The notes below the pieces were generated by a model. That model saw nothing but the letters and a program-made list of their open reading frames with translations, made no database searches and was not told where the DNA came from. The translations under genes and the position numbers were made by a program. Positions 30,734 through 40,154 of a stretch of DNA of 64,000 nt are shown here, one piece after another (positions within the stretch are counted from its first letter, which is position 1; each line of letters begins with the position of its first letter). This DNA comes from Gemmatimonadota bacterium (GTDB lineage Bacteria > Gemmatimonadota > Gemmatimonadetes > Gemmatimonadales > Gemmatimonadaceae): positions 63,077-127,076 of the forward strand of contig QHVE01000014.1 in the NCBI GenBank assembly GCA_003223455.1, in the 5' to 3' direction.

Positions 30734-33010
30734 ATGAACGAGACCCGCCGAGCGCCGACGACTGCGTCCACACCGCGCAGCGCACCCGAGTCGTCGGTCC
30801 CGCCGATGGATGGTGGCGAGCGTGCGGCGCTGCTCGAAGGGCGACACGCCCACCCGCATCAGGTGCTGGGCGCGCACGAGGCGACCGTCGCGGGAGTCGC
30901 GGGCATCGTGGTGCGCGTGTTCCAGCCCGCCGCGGCGGATTGCGCCATGGTGGTGCACGGTGTGGTGACCGCGCTGCGTCCGGAAGGCGATGGGTTCTTC
31001 GCCGGGTTCGTCCCCGGCGCGACGATGCCCTTCCACTACCACCTGCGCTTCATCGCCGCCGACGGCACGACGTGGGAGCGCGGCGACGCGTACCGCCACT
31101 GGCCTTCGCTCGGCGAGATGGACCTGTATCTCTTCCGCGAGGGGACGCACCGCCGGCTGTGGGAGATGCTCGGCGCGCACCTTCGCGAGATGGACGGCGA
31201 CGAGGGGACGGCGTTCGCGCTGTGGGCGCCGAACGCCGAGCGTGTGAGCGTCGTCGGCGACTGGTGTCAGTGGGACGGCCGGCAGTTCCCGATGCGGCGC
31301 ATGGGCGAGAGCGGCCTGTGGGAGCTGTTCATCCCGGGCGTGCGCGAGAACGCGCTGTACAAGTTCGAGCTGCGCACGAAGGACGGCGGTCTCCGCGTGA
31401 AGACGGACCCGATGGCGCGCAAGATGGAGCAGGCGCCGAGCACCGCGTCGATCGTCGTGCGCGAAGGCACGTTTCCATGGAAGGACGACACGTGGATGGG
31501 TGCGCGCACGCACCGCGACTGGACGCACGAGCCGATGCTGATCTACGAGGTGCATCTCGGCTCGTGGGCTCGGCTGCCCGAGGAGGGCGACCGCACGCTG
31601 AGCTATCGCGAGATCGCGCCGCGCCTCGCCGCGCACGTGACGGCGCTCGGCTTCACGCACGTCGAGCTGCTGCCCGTGATGGAGCATCCGTTCTACGGCT
31701 CGTGGGGCTACCAGGTTACCGGCTACTATGCGCCGTCGTCGCGCTACGGCTCGCCGGACGACTTCCGCTTCTTCGTCGACACGCTGCACGACGCGGGGAT
31801 CGGCGTGCTGCTGGACTGGGTGCCGGCGCACTTCCCGAAGGACGACTACGCGCTGCGCTGGTTCGACGGCACGGCGCTGTACGAGCACGAGGACCCGCGG
31901 CTCGGCGAGCATCCCGATTGGGGGACGCTGATCTTCAACTACGGGCGAAAGGAGGTGCGCAACTTCCTCGTCGCCAACGCGCTGTACTGGCTGCACGAGT
32001 TCCACTGCGACGGGCTGCGCGTCGACGCGGTGGCGTCGATGCTCTACCTGGACTACAGCCGCAACCACGGCGAGTGGGTGCCGAATCGCTACGGGGGCAG
32101 GGAGAACCTCGAGGCGATCGATTTTCTCCGCGAGATGAACGCCGTGGTCTGCGAGGACGCCCCGGGATGCGTGACGGTGGCGGAGGATTCCACCGCGTGG
32201 CCCGGCGTGACGCGCCCGATCCGCGAGGGCGGGCTCGGCTTCACCTTCAAGTGGAACATGGGGTGGATGCACGACACGCTCGCCTACTTCGAGCGCGATC
32301 CGATCTACCGCCGCTACCACCAGGGCGAGCTGACGTTCGCCATGGTGTACGAGAACAGCGAGCACTTCATCATGCCCCTCTCGCACGACGAGATGGTGCA
32401 CATGAAGGGCTCGCTCTACGCCAAGATGCCGGGCGACCACTGGCAGAAGATGGCCAACCTGCGGGCGCTGTTCGCCTACCAGTTCACGCGGCCGGGCAAG
32501 TCGCTGCTGTTCATGGGCTCCGAGCTCGCGCCGTACGACGAGTGGGACCACGACCACTCACTGCCCTGGCACCTGCTCGACGATCCCTCCCGCGCGGGGC
32601 TGCGCGACTATCTCACGCGGCTCGCGCACGCGTACCGCGCGCTCCCGCCGCTCTGGCAGCGCGACGGCGACCATCGCGGGTTCGAGTGGATCGACACCGG
32701 CGACGCGCAGCATTCGGTGCTCTCGTACGTGCGGTGGTCCGACGACGCGCACGCCATCGTGATCCTGAACCTCACGCCGACGCCGCACGTGCGCTATCGC
32801 GTCGGCGTGCCCGAGTCGGGGACGTACGTGCGCGTGATCGGCACGGACGACGTGCGCTGGGGCGGGAGCGGCTACCCGGTGGACGAGCACGTGGCGACGG
32901 ATGACGTTCCGTATCACGGCCGCCGATACTCGGTAGAGGTGGCGCTGCCGCCGCTCTCGGCGATCATCCTGGCGCCGGAGCGCGTGGTGCCGGCGTCGCT
33001 TCTGCCGTGA
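30734..33010 (+). CDS. glgB: 1,4-alpha-glucan branching enzyme
   Basis: Contains FALWAPNAERVSVVGDW, LIYEVHLGSW, SWGYQVTGYYAPSSRYGSPDDF, GVLLDWVPAHFPKD, CDGLRVDAVASMLY, VAEDSTAWPGV and LSHDE. The start is placed at MNETRRAP, after the glgX stop. Confidence 0.9.
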   Translation: MNETRRAPTTASTPRSAPESSVPPMDGGERAALLEGRHAHPHQVLGAHEATVAGVAGIVVRVFQPAAADCAMVVHGVVTALRPEGDGFFAGFVPGATMPFHYHLRFIAADGTTWERGDAYRHWPSLGEMDLYLFREGTHRRLWEMLGAHLREMDGDEGTAFALWAPNAERVSVVGDWCQWDGRQFPMRRMGESGLWELFIPGVRENALYKFELRTKDGGLRVKTDPMARKMEQAPSTASIVVREGTFPWKDDTWMGARTHRDWTHEPMLIYEVHLGSWARLPEEGDRTLSYREIAPRLAAHVTALGFTHVELLPVMEHPFYGSWGYQVTGYYAPSSRYGSPDDFRFFVDTLHDAGIGVLLDWVPAHFPKDDYALRWFDGTALYEHEDPRLGEHPDWGTLIFNYGRKEVRNFLVANALYWLHEFHCDGLRVDAVASMLYLDYSRNHGEWVPNRYGGRENLEAIDFLREMNAVVCEDAPGCVTVAEDSTAWPGVTRPIREGGLGFTFKWNMGWMHDTLAYFERDPIYRRYHQGELTFAMVYENSEHFIMPLSHDEMVHMKGSLYAKMPGDHWQKMANLRALFAYQFTRPGKSLLFMGSELAPYDEWDHDHSLPWHLLDDPSRAGLRDYLTRLAHAYRALPPLWQRDGDHRGFEWIDTGDAQHSVLSYVRWSDDAHAIVILNLTPTPHVRYRVGVPESGTYVRVIGTDDVRWGGSGYPVDEHVATDDVPYHGRRYSVEVALPPLSAIILAPERVVPASLLP

Positions 33011-33023
33011 CCAGGCTTCCGCC

Positions 33024-35213
33024 GTGCTGATGTCCGAGCGATCCGTATCCACCGACCGTCCAGCGCTCCGCCGCCTCGCCGCCCGGCTCGGCATCGCCGA
33101 GTCGTACGTCGATCAGACCGGCGGGGAGCAGCGCGTCACCACCGACGCGACGCGCGAGCGGCTGCTCGCGGCGATGGGCATCGACGCGAGCACCGAAGCG
33201 CGGGCGGTGCGCGCGCTGCGCCGGCTGCGCCGCAAGGTGCAGCTCCAATGGATCGCGCCCGTACGGGTGGTGCGACAGACCAGTCGCACGCTGCGGCGCG
33301 TGCGGATCCGCGTGCCGACGCTGCACGTGCACGAGATTCACTGGACGCTGACGCTGCGCACGGAGGACGGCATCGCGCGCGAGTGGCGGGGCTCGGTGCA
33401 CGGCGGGCCGGCGCGCCGCACCGAGCTCGAGCTGCCGGTGGTGCCGCCGCTCGGCTATCACGACCTCACGATCGAGCTGGAGGCCGAGAGCGAGCGCCAC
33501 AGCGCGACGCAGCGGCTGATCGTCGTGCCCGCGCAGTGCACGCCGCCCGAGGCGCGCCTCCAGGGGCGGCGCGGGTTCGGGATCACGGCGAACCTCTACA
33601 CCGTGCGCAGCGCACGGAACTGGGGCGCCGGCGATCTCGCCGATCTCTCGGCCCTCGTCGAGTGGACCGCGCAGCAGGGGGGCGCGTTCGTCGGCGTGAA
33701 TCCGCTGCACGCGCTGCGCAACTCGGGCTACGACGTGAGCCCGTACTCACCGATCACGCGGCTCTTCCGCAACTCGCTGTACATCGCGGTGGAGAACGTT
33801 CCCGAGCTCGCGTACGACCCCTGGGCGCGCGAGCGGATCGCGTCGCCGGAGGTGCAGGCGGAGCTGGCCGAGCTGCGCCGCGCGCACATGCTCGACTACG
33901 GCCGCGTGACGGCGCTGCGCGCGCCGATCCTCGACTCGTTGTTCCGCACCTTCGTGGCGCACGAGCGCGACGCCGCGACGCCGCGGGCGCGCGCGTACGC
34001 ACAGTTCGTCGAGCGCGAGGATCCGCAACTGACGCAATTCGCGACGTTCATGGCCATCTCGGAGCGCGAGGGGCCCGACGCACGGCAGTGGCCCGAGCCT
34101 CTGCGCGACGCGAACGGCGCCGCCGTGGCGGCGTTGCGCACGGAGCTCGCCGACCGCGTGGACTTCCACCGCTGGCTGCAGTTCGAGATGGACCGCCAGA
34201 TGGGCTGTGTCGCCTCGGATGCGACGCGAGCTGGATTGGCGCTCGGGGTCTATCAGGATCTCGCGGTGGGATCGGCGCCGTCGGGGAGCGACGTGTGGGC
34301 GAACCCCCGGTTGTTCGTCCCCGACGCGACGGTCGGCGCGCCCCCCGACATGTACTCCGACGAAGGACAGAACTGGGGGCTGCCGGCGATCAACCCGCAC
34401 GTGCTGCGCGAGACGCGCTACGACTACTGGGTGCGGCTGCTGCGCGCCGGGTTCCGGCACTCGGGTGCGCTGCGACTCGACCACGCGCTCGGGCTGTTCC
34501 GGATGTTCTGGGTGCCGGTCGGCGCACCGGCGCGCGAGGGGACGTTCGTGAAGTCGTTCGTGAACGACCTGTTCGGCATCCTCGCGCTGGAGAGCGTGCG
34601 ACACGGCGCGCTCGTCGTCGGAGAGGATCTCGGCACCGTGCCCCCCGAGGTGCCGAAGGTGCTGCAGAAGTGGGGCGTGCTCGGCTCGAAGGTCGTGGTG
34701 TTCGAGCGCGGCTTCCACAGCGGACGATTCCGCTCCGCCGCCGAGTATCCGCGGCTCGCGCTGGCCACGGTGAACACGCACGATCTGCCGCCACTCGTGG
34801 GGTGGCTCGAGCAGCGCGACATCATCCTGCGCAGCGAGGTCGGCGACCTCACCGATCCCGAGCAGCAGCGCGGCATGCGCGAGGGGCGCACGAGCGACCG
34901 CTGGGCGTTGATCGAGATGTTGATCGAAGCCGGGCTGCTCCCCGAGTCGGCGCGCGACAACGTACGCTCGGAGCCGTTGATCGCCGCGCTGCACGCGTTC
35001 GTGCGACAGACGCCGTCGGCGCTCGTCGGGCTCGCGCTCGACGACCTCGCGCGCGAGAGCGAGCCGGTGAACATCCCCGGCATCTGGCAGGACAAATACC
35101 CGAGCTGGTCGCGCCGGATGCGCGAGTCGCTGGAGACGCTACTGGCCGATCCGGCGACGACGCGCATGCTCGGCGAGGGGCCCGAGGTGGCGCCGGTGCC
35201 GTCGCCGTCATGA
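33024..35213 (+). CDS. malQ: 4-alpha-glucanotransferase (amylomaltase, long form)
   Basis: Contains GITANLYTVRSARNWGAGDLADL, FVGVNPLHAL, GALRLDHALGLFRMFWVP, LVVGEDLGTVPPEV and TVNTHDLPPLVGW. Confidence 0.9.
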   Translation: MLMSERSVSTDRPALRRLAARLGIAESYVDQTGGEQRVTTDATRERLLAAMGIDASTEARAVRALRRLRRKVQLQWIAPVRVVRQTSRTLRRVRIRVPTLHVHEIHWTLTLRTEDGIAREWRGSVHGGPARRTELELPVVPPLGYHDLTIELEAESERHSATQRLIVVPAQCTPPEARLQGRRGFGITANLYTVRSARNWGAGDLADLSALVEWTAQQGGAFVGVNPLHALRNSGYDVSPYSPITRLFRNSLYIAVENVPELAYDPWARERIASPEVQAELAELRRAHMLDYGRVTALRAPILDSLFRTFVAHERDAATPRARAYAQFVEREDPQLTQFATFMAISEREGPDARQWPEPLRDANGAAVAALRTELADRVDFHRWLQFEMDRQMGCVASDATRAGLALGVYQDLAVGSAPSGSDVWANPRLFVPDATVGAPPDMYSDEGQNWGLPAINPHVLRETRYDYWVRLLRAGFRHSGALRLDHALGLFRMFWVPVGAPAREGTFVKSFVNDLFGILALESVRHGALVVGEDLGTVPPEVPKVLQKWGVLGSKVVVFERGFHSGRFRSAAEYPRLALATVNTHDLPPLVGWLEQRDIILRSEVGDLTDPEQQRGMREGRTSDRWALIEMLIEAGLLPESARDNVRSEPLIAALHAFVRQTPSALVGLALDDLARESEPVNIPGIWQDKYPSWSRRMRESLETLLADPATTRMLGEGPEVAPVPSPS

Positions 35214-38005
35214 CGGCAGGGGGTGGGGAGTGGGGGGTGGGGGGCGACGACGTCGGGACGCCAACGCATCCCGAGGCCGCAAACTCCCCACTCCCCACTC
35301 TCCAGAATTCCGTGGCCCCGCTGCGCGAGCGGCTGCTCAGCGCCACCTATCGCGTTCAACTCAACAGCGCGTTCACGCTCCACGACGCGCGCGCGCGCGT
35401 TCCATATCTGCACGCGCTGGGCGTGTCGCATCTCTACCTCTCGCCGGTGCTCGCGGCGCGCGCAGGGAGCACGCACGGCTACGACGTCGCCGACCCGACG
35501 CAGGTGAATCCCGAGATCGGCGGCGACGAAGCGTTCGTCGCCCTGGCGGAAGAGGCGCATGCACACGGATTGGGGCTCGTGCTCGACATCGTGCCCAACC
35601 ACATGGGCATCGGCGCGGACAATCCGTACTGGGACGACCTCCTCGCCCACGGCCCGCGCTCGCGGTATGCGTCCTGGTTCGACGTGCAGTGGCGCGCCGA
35701 GACGCGACGACTGGCGAACAAGGTGCACCTGCCGGTGCTCGGCGACTCGCTCGATGCCGTGCTGGCGCGCGGCGAGCTCTCGCTCGAGGTGACGGGGTAC
35801 GGGGCCCGCGTGCGCTACTTCGACCATCACTTCCCGATCGATCCGGCGACGTATCCTCCCGAGATCGAGCTCGCGCTGCGCGATCCGTCGGCGCTCCCCG
35901 CGGTGGGCGAATGGAGCCAGGGAGAGGAGGGCGCCGAGCGAATGCGCGCGCTGCTCGAGCAACAGCACTACGTGCTCGACTTCTGGCGCACGGCGAGCCG
36001 CGACATCAACTACCGCCGCTTCTTCGACGTCAACGAGCTGATCGCGCTCAAGGTGGAGGACGCCGAAGTCTTCGAGGCGACGCACCGGACGGTGCTGCAG
36101 TTCGTGGCCGACGGGCTCGTCGATGGACTGCGCATCGACCACATCGATGGGCTGCTCGAGCCGCGGCGGTACCTGGAGCGGCTGCGCGAGGCGGTGGACG
36201 CACGCCGGCCCCCGGGCCGTGGAGCGCGATTCCCCATCGTCGTGGAGAAGATCCTCGCGCCGGGCGAGACGCTGCCCGCCGACTGGCCGGTGGAGGGCAC
36301 GACGGGCTACGAGTTCATGACGACGCTCGAGGACGTGTTCATCGATCCGGCGGGATACGCCCGGCTGGAGTCGCACTATCGCGGCGGGCGCGACGGACCG
36401 GACTTCCATGCCGTGGCGTACGCGTCGAAGCGCGCCGTCCTGCGGAACGCCCTCAACGCCGACGTGCGGCGCGTCGCGCCGATGCTCGCGTCGCTGGCGA
36501 AGCAGGCGAAGTGGCCGGCGAAGTCGATCGCGGCGTACGCGGGGGCGATCGTCGAGGTGGTGGCGGCGCTGCCAGTGTACCGCACGTACATGGACGCCGA
36601 GCGTCCGGAGGCGGAGGGGTCCGACCGCGGGATGCTGGTGCGCGCGTTCGCCGAGGCGCGCGAGCGGTACCTCGCCGACGCGGATGGGCTCGACGCGCTC
36701 GAGCGCGTGCTGCTCGGCACGTGGCGCGATGCGCCGCCGGAGCTGGCACGCGCGCGGCTCGCGTTCGTGCTGCGGCTCCAGCAGATCACCGGGCCGGCGG
36801 CGGCGAAGGGAGTGGAGGACACCGCACTCTACGTCTACGCTCCGCTGGCGTCGCGCAACGAAGTCGGGGGCGATCCCGGGGTGCCGGTGGAGGACGCGGT
36901 CGCGCGTCTGCATGTGCTCCTCGCCGCGCGCGCCGAACGGACGCCGCGTGCGCTGAACGCGACGAACACGCACGACACCAAGCGCAGCGCCGACGTGCGG
37001 TCGCGACTCGACGCACTGAGCGAGCATCCGGAATCGTGGGAACGCCGGTTGCGGCTGTGGCGCCGCCGACATCGCGAGCTGCGGAAGATGGTGCGCGGCC
37101 GCCTCGCGCCGACGCGCACGACCGATCACTTCATCTACCAGGCCCTCGTCGGCATCTGGCCGATCGGCAGCGGCACGGCGCACGAGGACTCGGTGGTGGT
37201 GACCGAGCTCCGCGCGCGGCTCACGGCGTACATCCAGAAGGCGGTGCGCGAGGCCAAGGTGAGCACGAGCTGGACCGATCCCGACGCGGAGTACGAGGGG
37301 GCGGTCGAGGGGTTCATCGCGGCAGTGCTCGACCGGGCGTCACCGGCGCGCTATCTGCGCGATGTCGCCCCGCTCGTGGCGGAGGTGGGGGCGACAGGCA
37401 TCTGGAATGCGCTCGGCCGACTCGTCGTCCACCTCTTCGCGCCCGGGGTGCCGGACGTGTATCGCGGCGACGAGCTGTGGTTCCAGGCGCTGGTGGATCC
37501 GGACAACCGGCGACCGGTGGACTGGGACGAGCGCGCCGCTCGACTGGAGGAGGTGCGGCGCGCGTGCGATGCGGGGAGCGATGGAGTGCCGCCGCTCGAC
37601 GTGCTGCGCGGCTGGCTGACGTGCGTGGAGAACGGGACGCTGAAGCTGTACCTGACGACGCGGCTGCTCCGGTTGCGGCGCGACGACGGTCCGGCGCTGG
37701 CGACGGGCATGTACCGGCCGATCGCGGCGGAGGGGGTGCACGCGAATCGCGTCGTCGCATTTCGACGCGGGGAGGGCGCGGCGACACGCGTCGTTCTCTT
37801 CCCGCGTCTGACGGGTGGGCTCGGCACTGGCGCTCCGGTCGGCGCGCGGTGGGCCGACACCCGGGTTCGCCTCGACGAGGGGGTGGAGAAGTGGCGGTGT
37901 CTCTTGAGTGGCGTCGATGTCGCGACGGACGATGGCACCCTAGCGGTCTCGGCAGTTCTGGCCGAGTTGCCGGTGGCTGTGCTCGCACCAACGAAATCCG
38001 TGTGA
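35210..38005 (+). CDS. treY: malto-oligosyltrehalose synthase
   Basis: Contains SATYRVQLNSAFTL, LGVSHLYLSPVLAARAGSTHGYDVADP, GLVLDIVPNHMG, VDGLRIDHIDGL, TTGYEF and ATNTHDTKRS. ATG 35210 forms an ATGA overlap with malQ. However, the conserved TreY N-terminus begins only at ~35330, so GTG 35312 is an alternative start that would leave the G-rich element untranslated. Confidence 0.9.
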   Translation: MTAGGGEWGVGGDDVGTPTHPEAANSPLPTLQNSVAPLRERLLSATYRVQLNSAFTLHDARARVPYLHALGVSHLYLSPVLAARAGSTHGYDVADPTQVNPEIGGDEAFVALAEEAHAHGLGLVLDIVPNHMGIGADNPYWDDLLAHGPRSRYASWFDVQWRAETRRLANKVHLPVLGDSLDAVLARGELSLEVTGYGARVRYFDHHFPIDPATYPPEIELALRDPSALPAVGEWSQGEEGAERMRALLEQQHYVLDFWRTASRDINYRRFFDVNELIALKVEDAEVFEATHRTVLQFVADGLVDGLRIDHIDGLLEPRRYLERLREAVDARRPPGRGARFPIVVEKILAPGETLPADWPVEGTTGYEFMTTLEDVFIDPAGYARLESHYRGGRDGPDFHAVAYASKRAVLRNALNADVRRVAPMLASLAKQAKWPAKSIAAYAGAIVEVVAALPVYRTYMDAERPEAEGSDRGMLVRAFAEARERYLADADGLDALERVLLGTWRDAPPELARARLAFVLRLQQITGPAAAKGVEDTALYVYAPLASRNEVGGDPGVPVEDAVARLHVLLAARAERTPRALNATNTHDTKRSADVRSRLDALSEHPESWERRLRLWRRRHRELRKMVRGRLAPTRTTDHFIYQALVGIWPIGSGTAHEDSVVVTELRARLTAYIQKAVREAKVSTSWTDPDAEYEGAVEGFIAAVLDRASPARYLRDVAPLVAEVGATGIWNALGRLVVHLFAPGVPDVYRGDELWFQALVDPDNRRPVDWDERAARLEEVRRACDAGSDGVPPLDVLRGWLTCVENGTLKLYLTTRLLRLRRDDGPALATGMYRPIAAEGVHANRVVAFRRGEGAATRVVLFPRLTGGLGTGAPVGARWADTRVRLDEGVEKWRCLLSGVDVATDDGTLAVSAVLAELPVAVLAPTKSV
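35219..35303 (+). repeat. G-quadruplex-type G-run tract plus downstream C-rich complement (13-bp inverted repeat)
   Basis: GGGGGTGGGGAGTGGGGGGTGGGGGG (35219-35244) has four G4-6 runs with 1-3 nt loops. GTGGGGAGTGGGG (35223-35235) is the exact reverse complement of CCCCACTCCCCAC (35286-35298). Confidence 0.75.
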
Positions 38006-38233
38006 TTGTTGGTGATGCGTGCTCCGCCGAATCGTCTGTTCGGTACCGGACGGTTGCGCGTCAGCGGCTGGTCCCGGTACGATTCATCGTCGCTGCCGAG
38101 CCGGCGTCGAGCGCAGTACGTCCCTCCAGCCCGCATGCCAGGCAGTCCCGTCCATTGAATGGACGAGGCGGATCGGTAGAATTCCCCACAGCACCACATC
38201 GTCGGAATCACCACGACGTGACCCCGCGCACAT

Positions 38234-38267
38234 GGCGGCCACGCCCCGTGAGGGGCGCATGGCCGCC
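38234..38267 (+). other. GC-rich stem-loop with a GNRA-type (GTGA) loop in the glgP leader
   Basis: GGCGGCCACGCCCC-GTGA-GGGGCGCATGGCCGCC, with 14 paired positions and a 2-nt bulge. It ends 27 nt upstream of the glgP ATG, inside a 289-nt intergenic region. Confidence 0.3.
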
Positions 38268-38294
38268 GTCGCGCGACATGAGCATGAGGCCTAG

Positions 38295-40034
38295 ATGACG
38301 TTGATGTCCGCCCGATCCACCGTCGCGTATTTCTCGATGGAGATCTGCCTTGAGCAGGCGATCCCCACCTACAGCGGTGGACTCGGCGTGCTCGCCGGCG
38401 ACACGCTGCGCTCGGCGGCCGACCTCGGCGTGCCGCTGGTCGCCGTGACGCTCCTCCACCGGAAGGGCTACTTCGAGCAGCACCTCGATGCATCGGGACA
38501 GCAGACCGAGCAGCCCGTGCACTGGTCGCCCGAGGCCGAGCTGGAGCCGGTCGACGCCCGCAGCACCGTGACGATCGAGGGTCGCGAGGTCCACGTCCGC
38601 GCCTGGAAGTACACCGTGAAAGGGGTACGCGGGCACGAGGTGCCGGTGTTCCTCCTCGACACCCAGCTCCCCGAGAACTCGGAGTGGGACCAGACGCTCA
38701 CCGACACGCTCTACGGTGGCGACGAGCACTACCGCCTCTGCCAGGAGATCGTGCTCGGCATGGGTGGCGCGGCGCTGCTCCAGGCAATGGGATACGAGGC
38801 GGAGACGATCTACCACCTCAATGAAGGGCACTCGGCGCTGCTGACATTGCAGCTGCTCGAGCGGCAGCTCGATGGGCGACAGCACTTCGAGCTCGACGAT
38901 GCCGACCTCGAGTCGGTGCGGCAGCGCTGCATCTTCACGACGCACACGCCGGTGCCGGCGGGGCACGACAAGTTCCCGCTCGACATGGTGCGTCACGTGC
39001 TCGGGGACGAGCGCGTCGCGCTGCTCGAGGGATCGGGGGGCGTGCACGAGGGGATGCTCAACATGACGCACCTCGCGCTGCACCTCACGCGCTTCGTGAA
39101 CGGCGTGGCGATGCGGCACCGCGACGTGTCGCGCGGGATGTTCCCCGAGTATCCGGTGAACTCGATCACCAACGGCGTGCACGCGGTGACGTGGACCGCT
39201 CCCGAGTTCGCGGCGTTGTTCGATCGGCGGATGCCGGAGTGGCGGCGCGACAACCTCTACCTCCGCTACGCCGTCGGCATCCCCCTGCAGGAGATCCGCG
39301 ACGCGCACGCCGCGAGCAAGCGCATCCTCTTCGAGGAGATCGCGCGGCGTACGGGGCAGCAGCTCGACCCGTCGGCGATGACGATCGGCTTCGCGCGACG
39401 CGCGACGCCGTACAAGCGCGCGGACCTCATCTTCTCGGACCTCGACCGGCTGACACAGATCGCGCGCACGGTGGGGAAGATCCAGATCGTGTACGGCGGC
39501 AAGGCGCACCCGCACGACGGCGGCGGCAAGGACCTGATCCGCCGCATCTACAGCGCGCGCGAACGGCTCGGCGATCTGGTGAAGGTCGTCTACATCGAGA
39601 ACTACGAGATGTCGGTCGCGGGCCAGATGGTGGCCGGCGTCGATCTCTGGCTCAACAACCCGATGAAGCCGCTCGAGGCGTCAGGCACGAGCGGAATGAA
39701 GGCGGCGCTCAACGGCGTGCCCTCGTTCTCGGTGCTCGACGGCTGGTGGGTGGAAGGCCACGTCGAGGGGGTGACCGGCTGGTCGATCGGCGGCCCCGAT
39801 GCGGAGGGCGATCCCTCCCGCGACGCGCTGGACCTCTACATCAAGCTCGAGCGCGTGATCCTGCCGCTGTTCTACGGGCTGCCCTTCGCGTACGCCGAAG
39901 TGATGCGCTCGGCGATCGCGCTGAACGGCAGCTTCTTCAACACGCAGCGCATGGTGCGGCAGTACGTGCACAACGCGTATTTCCCGGGGGGGATACAAGC
40001 GGAGGTCGTAACGGAGGCGACGGCGGTACTCTGA
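38295..40034 (+). CDS. glgP: alpha-glucan (glycogen/maltodextrin) phosphorylase, short GT35 type
   Basis: Contains AYFSMEICLEQAIPTYSGGLGVLAGD, HLNEGHSAL, FTTHTPVPAGHD and the PLP-Lys block LEASGTSGMKAALNGVP. Confidence 0.9.
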   Translation: MTLMSARSTVAYFSMEICLEQAIPTYSGGLGVLAGDTLRSAADLGVPLVAVTLLHRKGYFEQHLDASGQQTEQPVHWSPEAELEPVDARSTVTIEGREVHVRAWKYTVKGVRGHEVPVFLLDTQLPENSEWDQTLTDTLYGGDEHYRLCQEIVLGMGGAALLQAMGYEAETIYHLNEGHSALLTLQLLERQLDGRQHFELDDADLESVRQRCIFTTHTPVPAGHDKFPLDMVRHVLGDERVALLEGSGGVHEGMLNMTHLALHLTRFVNGVAMRHRDVSRGMFPEYPVNSITNGVHAVTWTAPEFAALFDRRMPEWRRDNLYLRYAVGIPLQEIRDAHAASKRILFEEIARRTGQQLDPSAMTIGFARRATPYKRADLIFSDLDRLTQIARTVGKIQIVYGGKAHPHDGGGKDLIRRIYSARERLGDLVKVVYIENYEMSVAGQMVAGVDLWLNNPMKPLEASGTSGMKAALNGVPSFSVLDGWWVEGHVEGVTGWSIGGPDAEGDPSRDALDLYIKLERVILPLFYGLPFAYAEVMRSAIALNGSFFNTQRMVRQYVHNAYFPGGIQAEVVTEATAVL

Positions 40035-40036
40035 TC

Positions 40037-40153
40037 GAACTGCCAGTGAAGATCTCCCCGGGTCACGCTCTCGAGACGACTTCCGGGAGCCCGCGGACCG
40101 GATCTGGGTACTCGCTCTACGTCCGTCGTACTGGGTACTCGCCCTGGCAGTTC
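40037..40153. repeat. composite repeat in the convergent intergenic spacer: 10-bp terminal inverted repeat enclosing a 12-nt direct repeat
   Basis: GAACTGCCAG (40037-40046) pairs with CTGGCAGTTC (40144-40153). CTGGGTACTCGC occurs twice (40104-40115 and 40131-40142). Confidence 0.4.
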
Positions 40154-40154
40154 A

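Noticed and set aside
38019-38294. 91-codon ORF in the treY-glgP spacer
   Set aside because: There is no SD and the composition is irregular. It is interrupted by palindromic and stem-loop elements, so the region is treated as a non-coding leader.
34424-38298. 919-aa minus-strand ORF (34424..37183) and 1022-aa + strand ORF (35230..38298) across malQ/treY
   Set aside because: Both are Arg/Pro-rich with no recognisable domains. The malQ and treY frames contain complete GH77 and TreY signature blocks.
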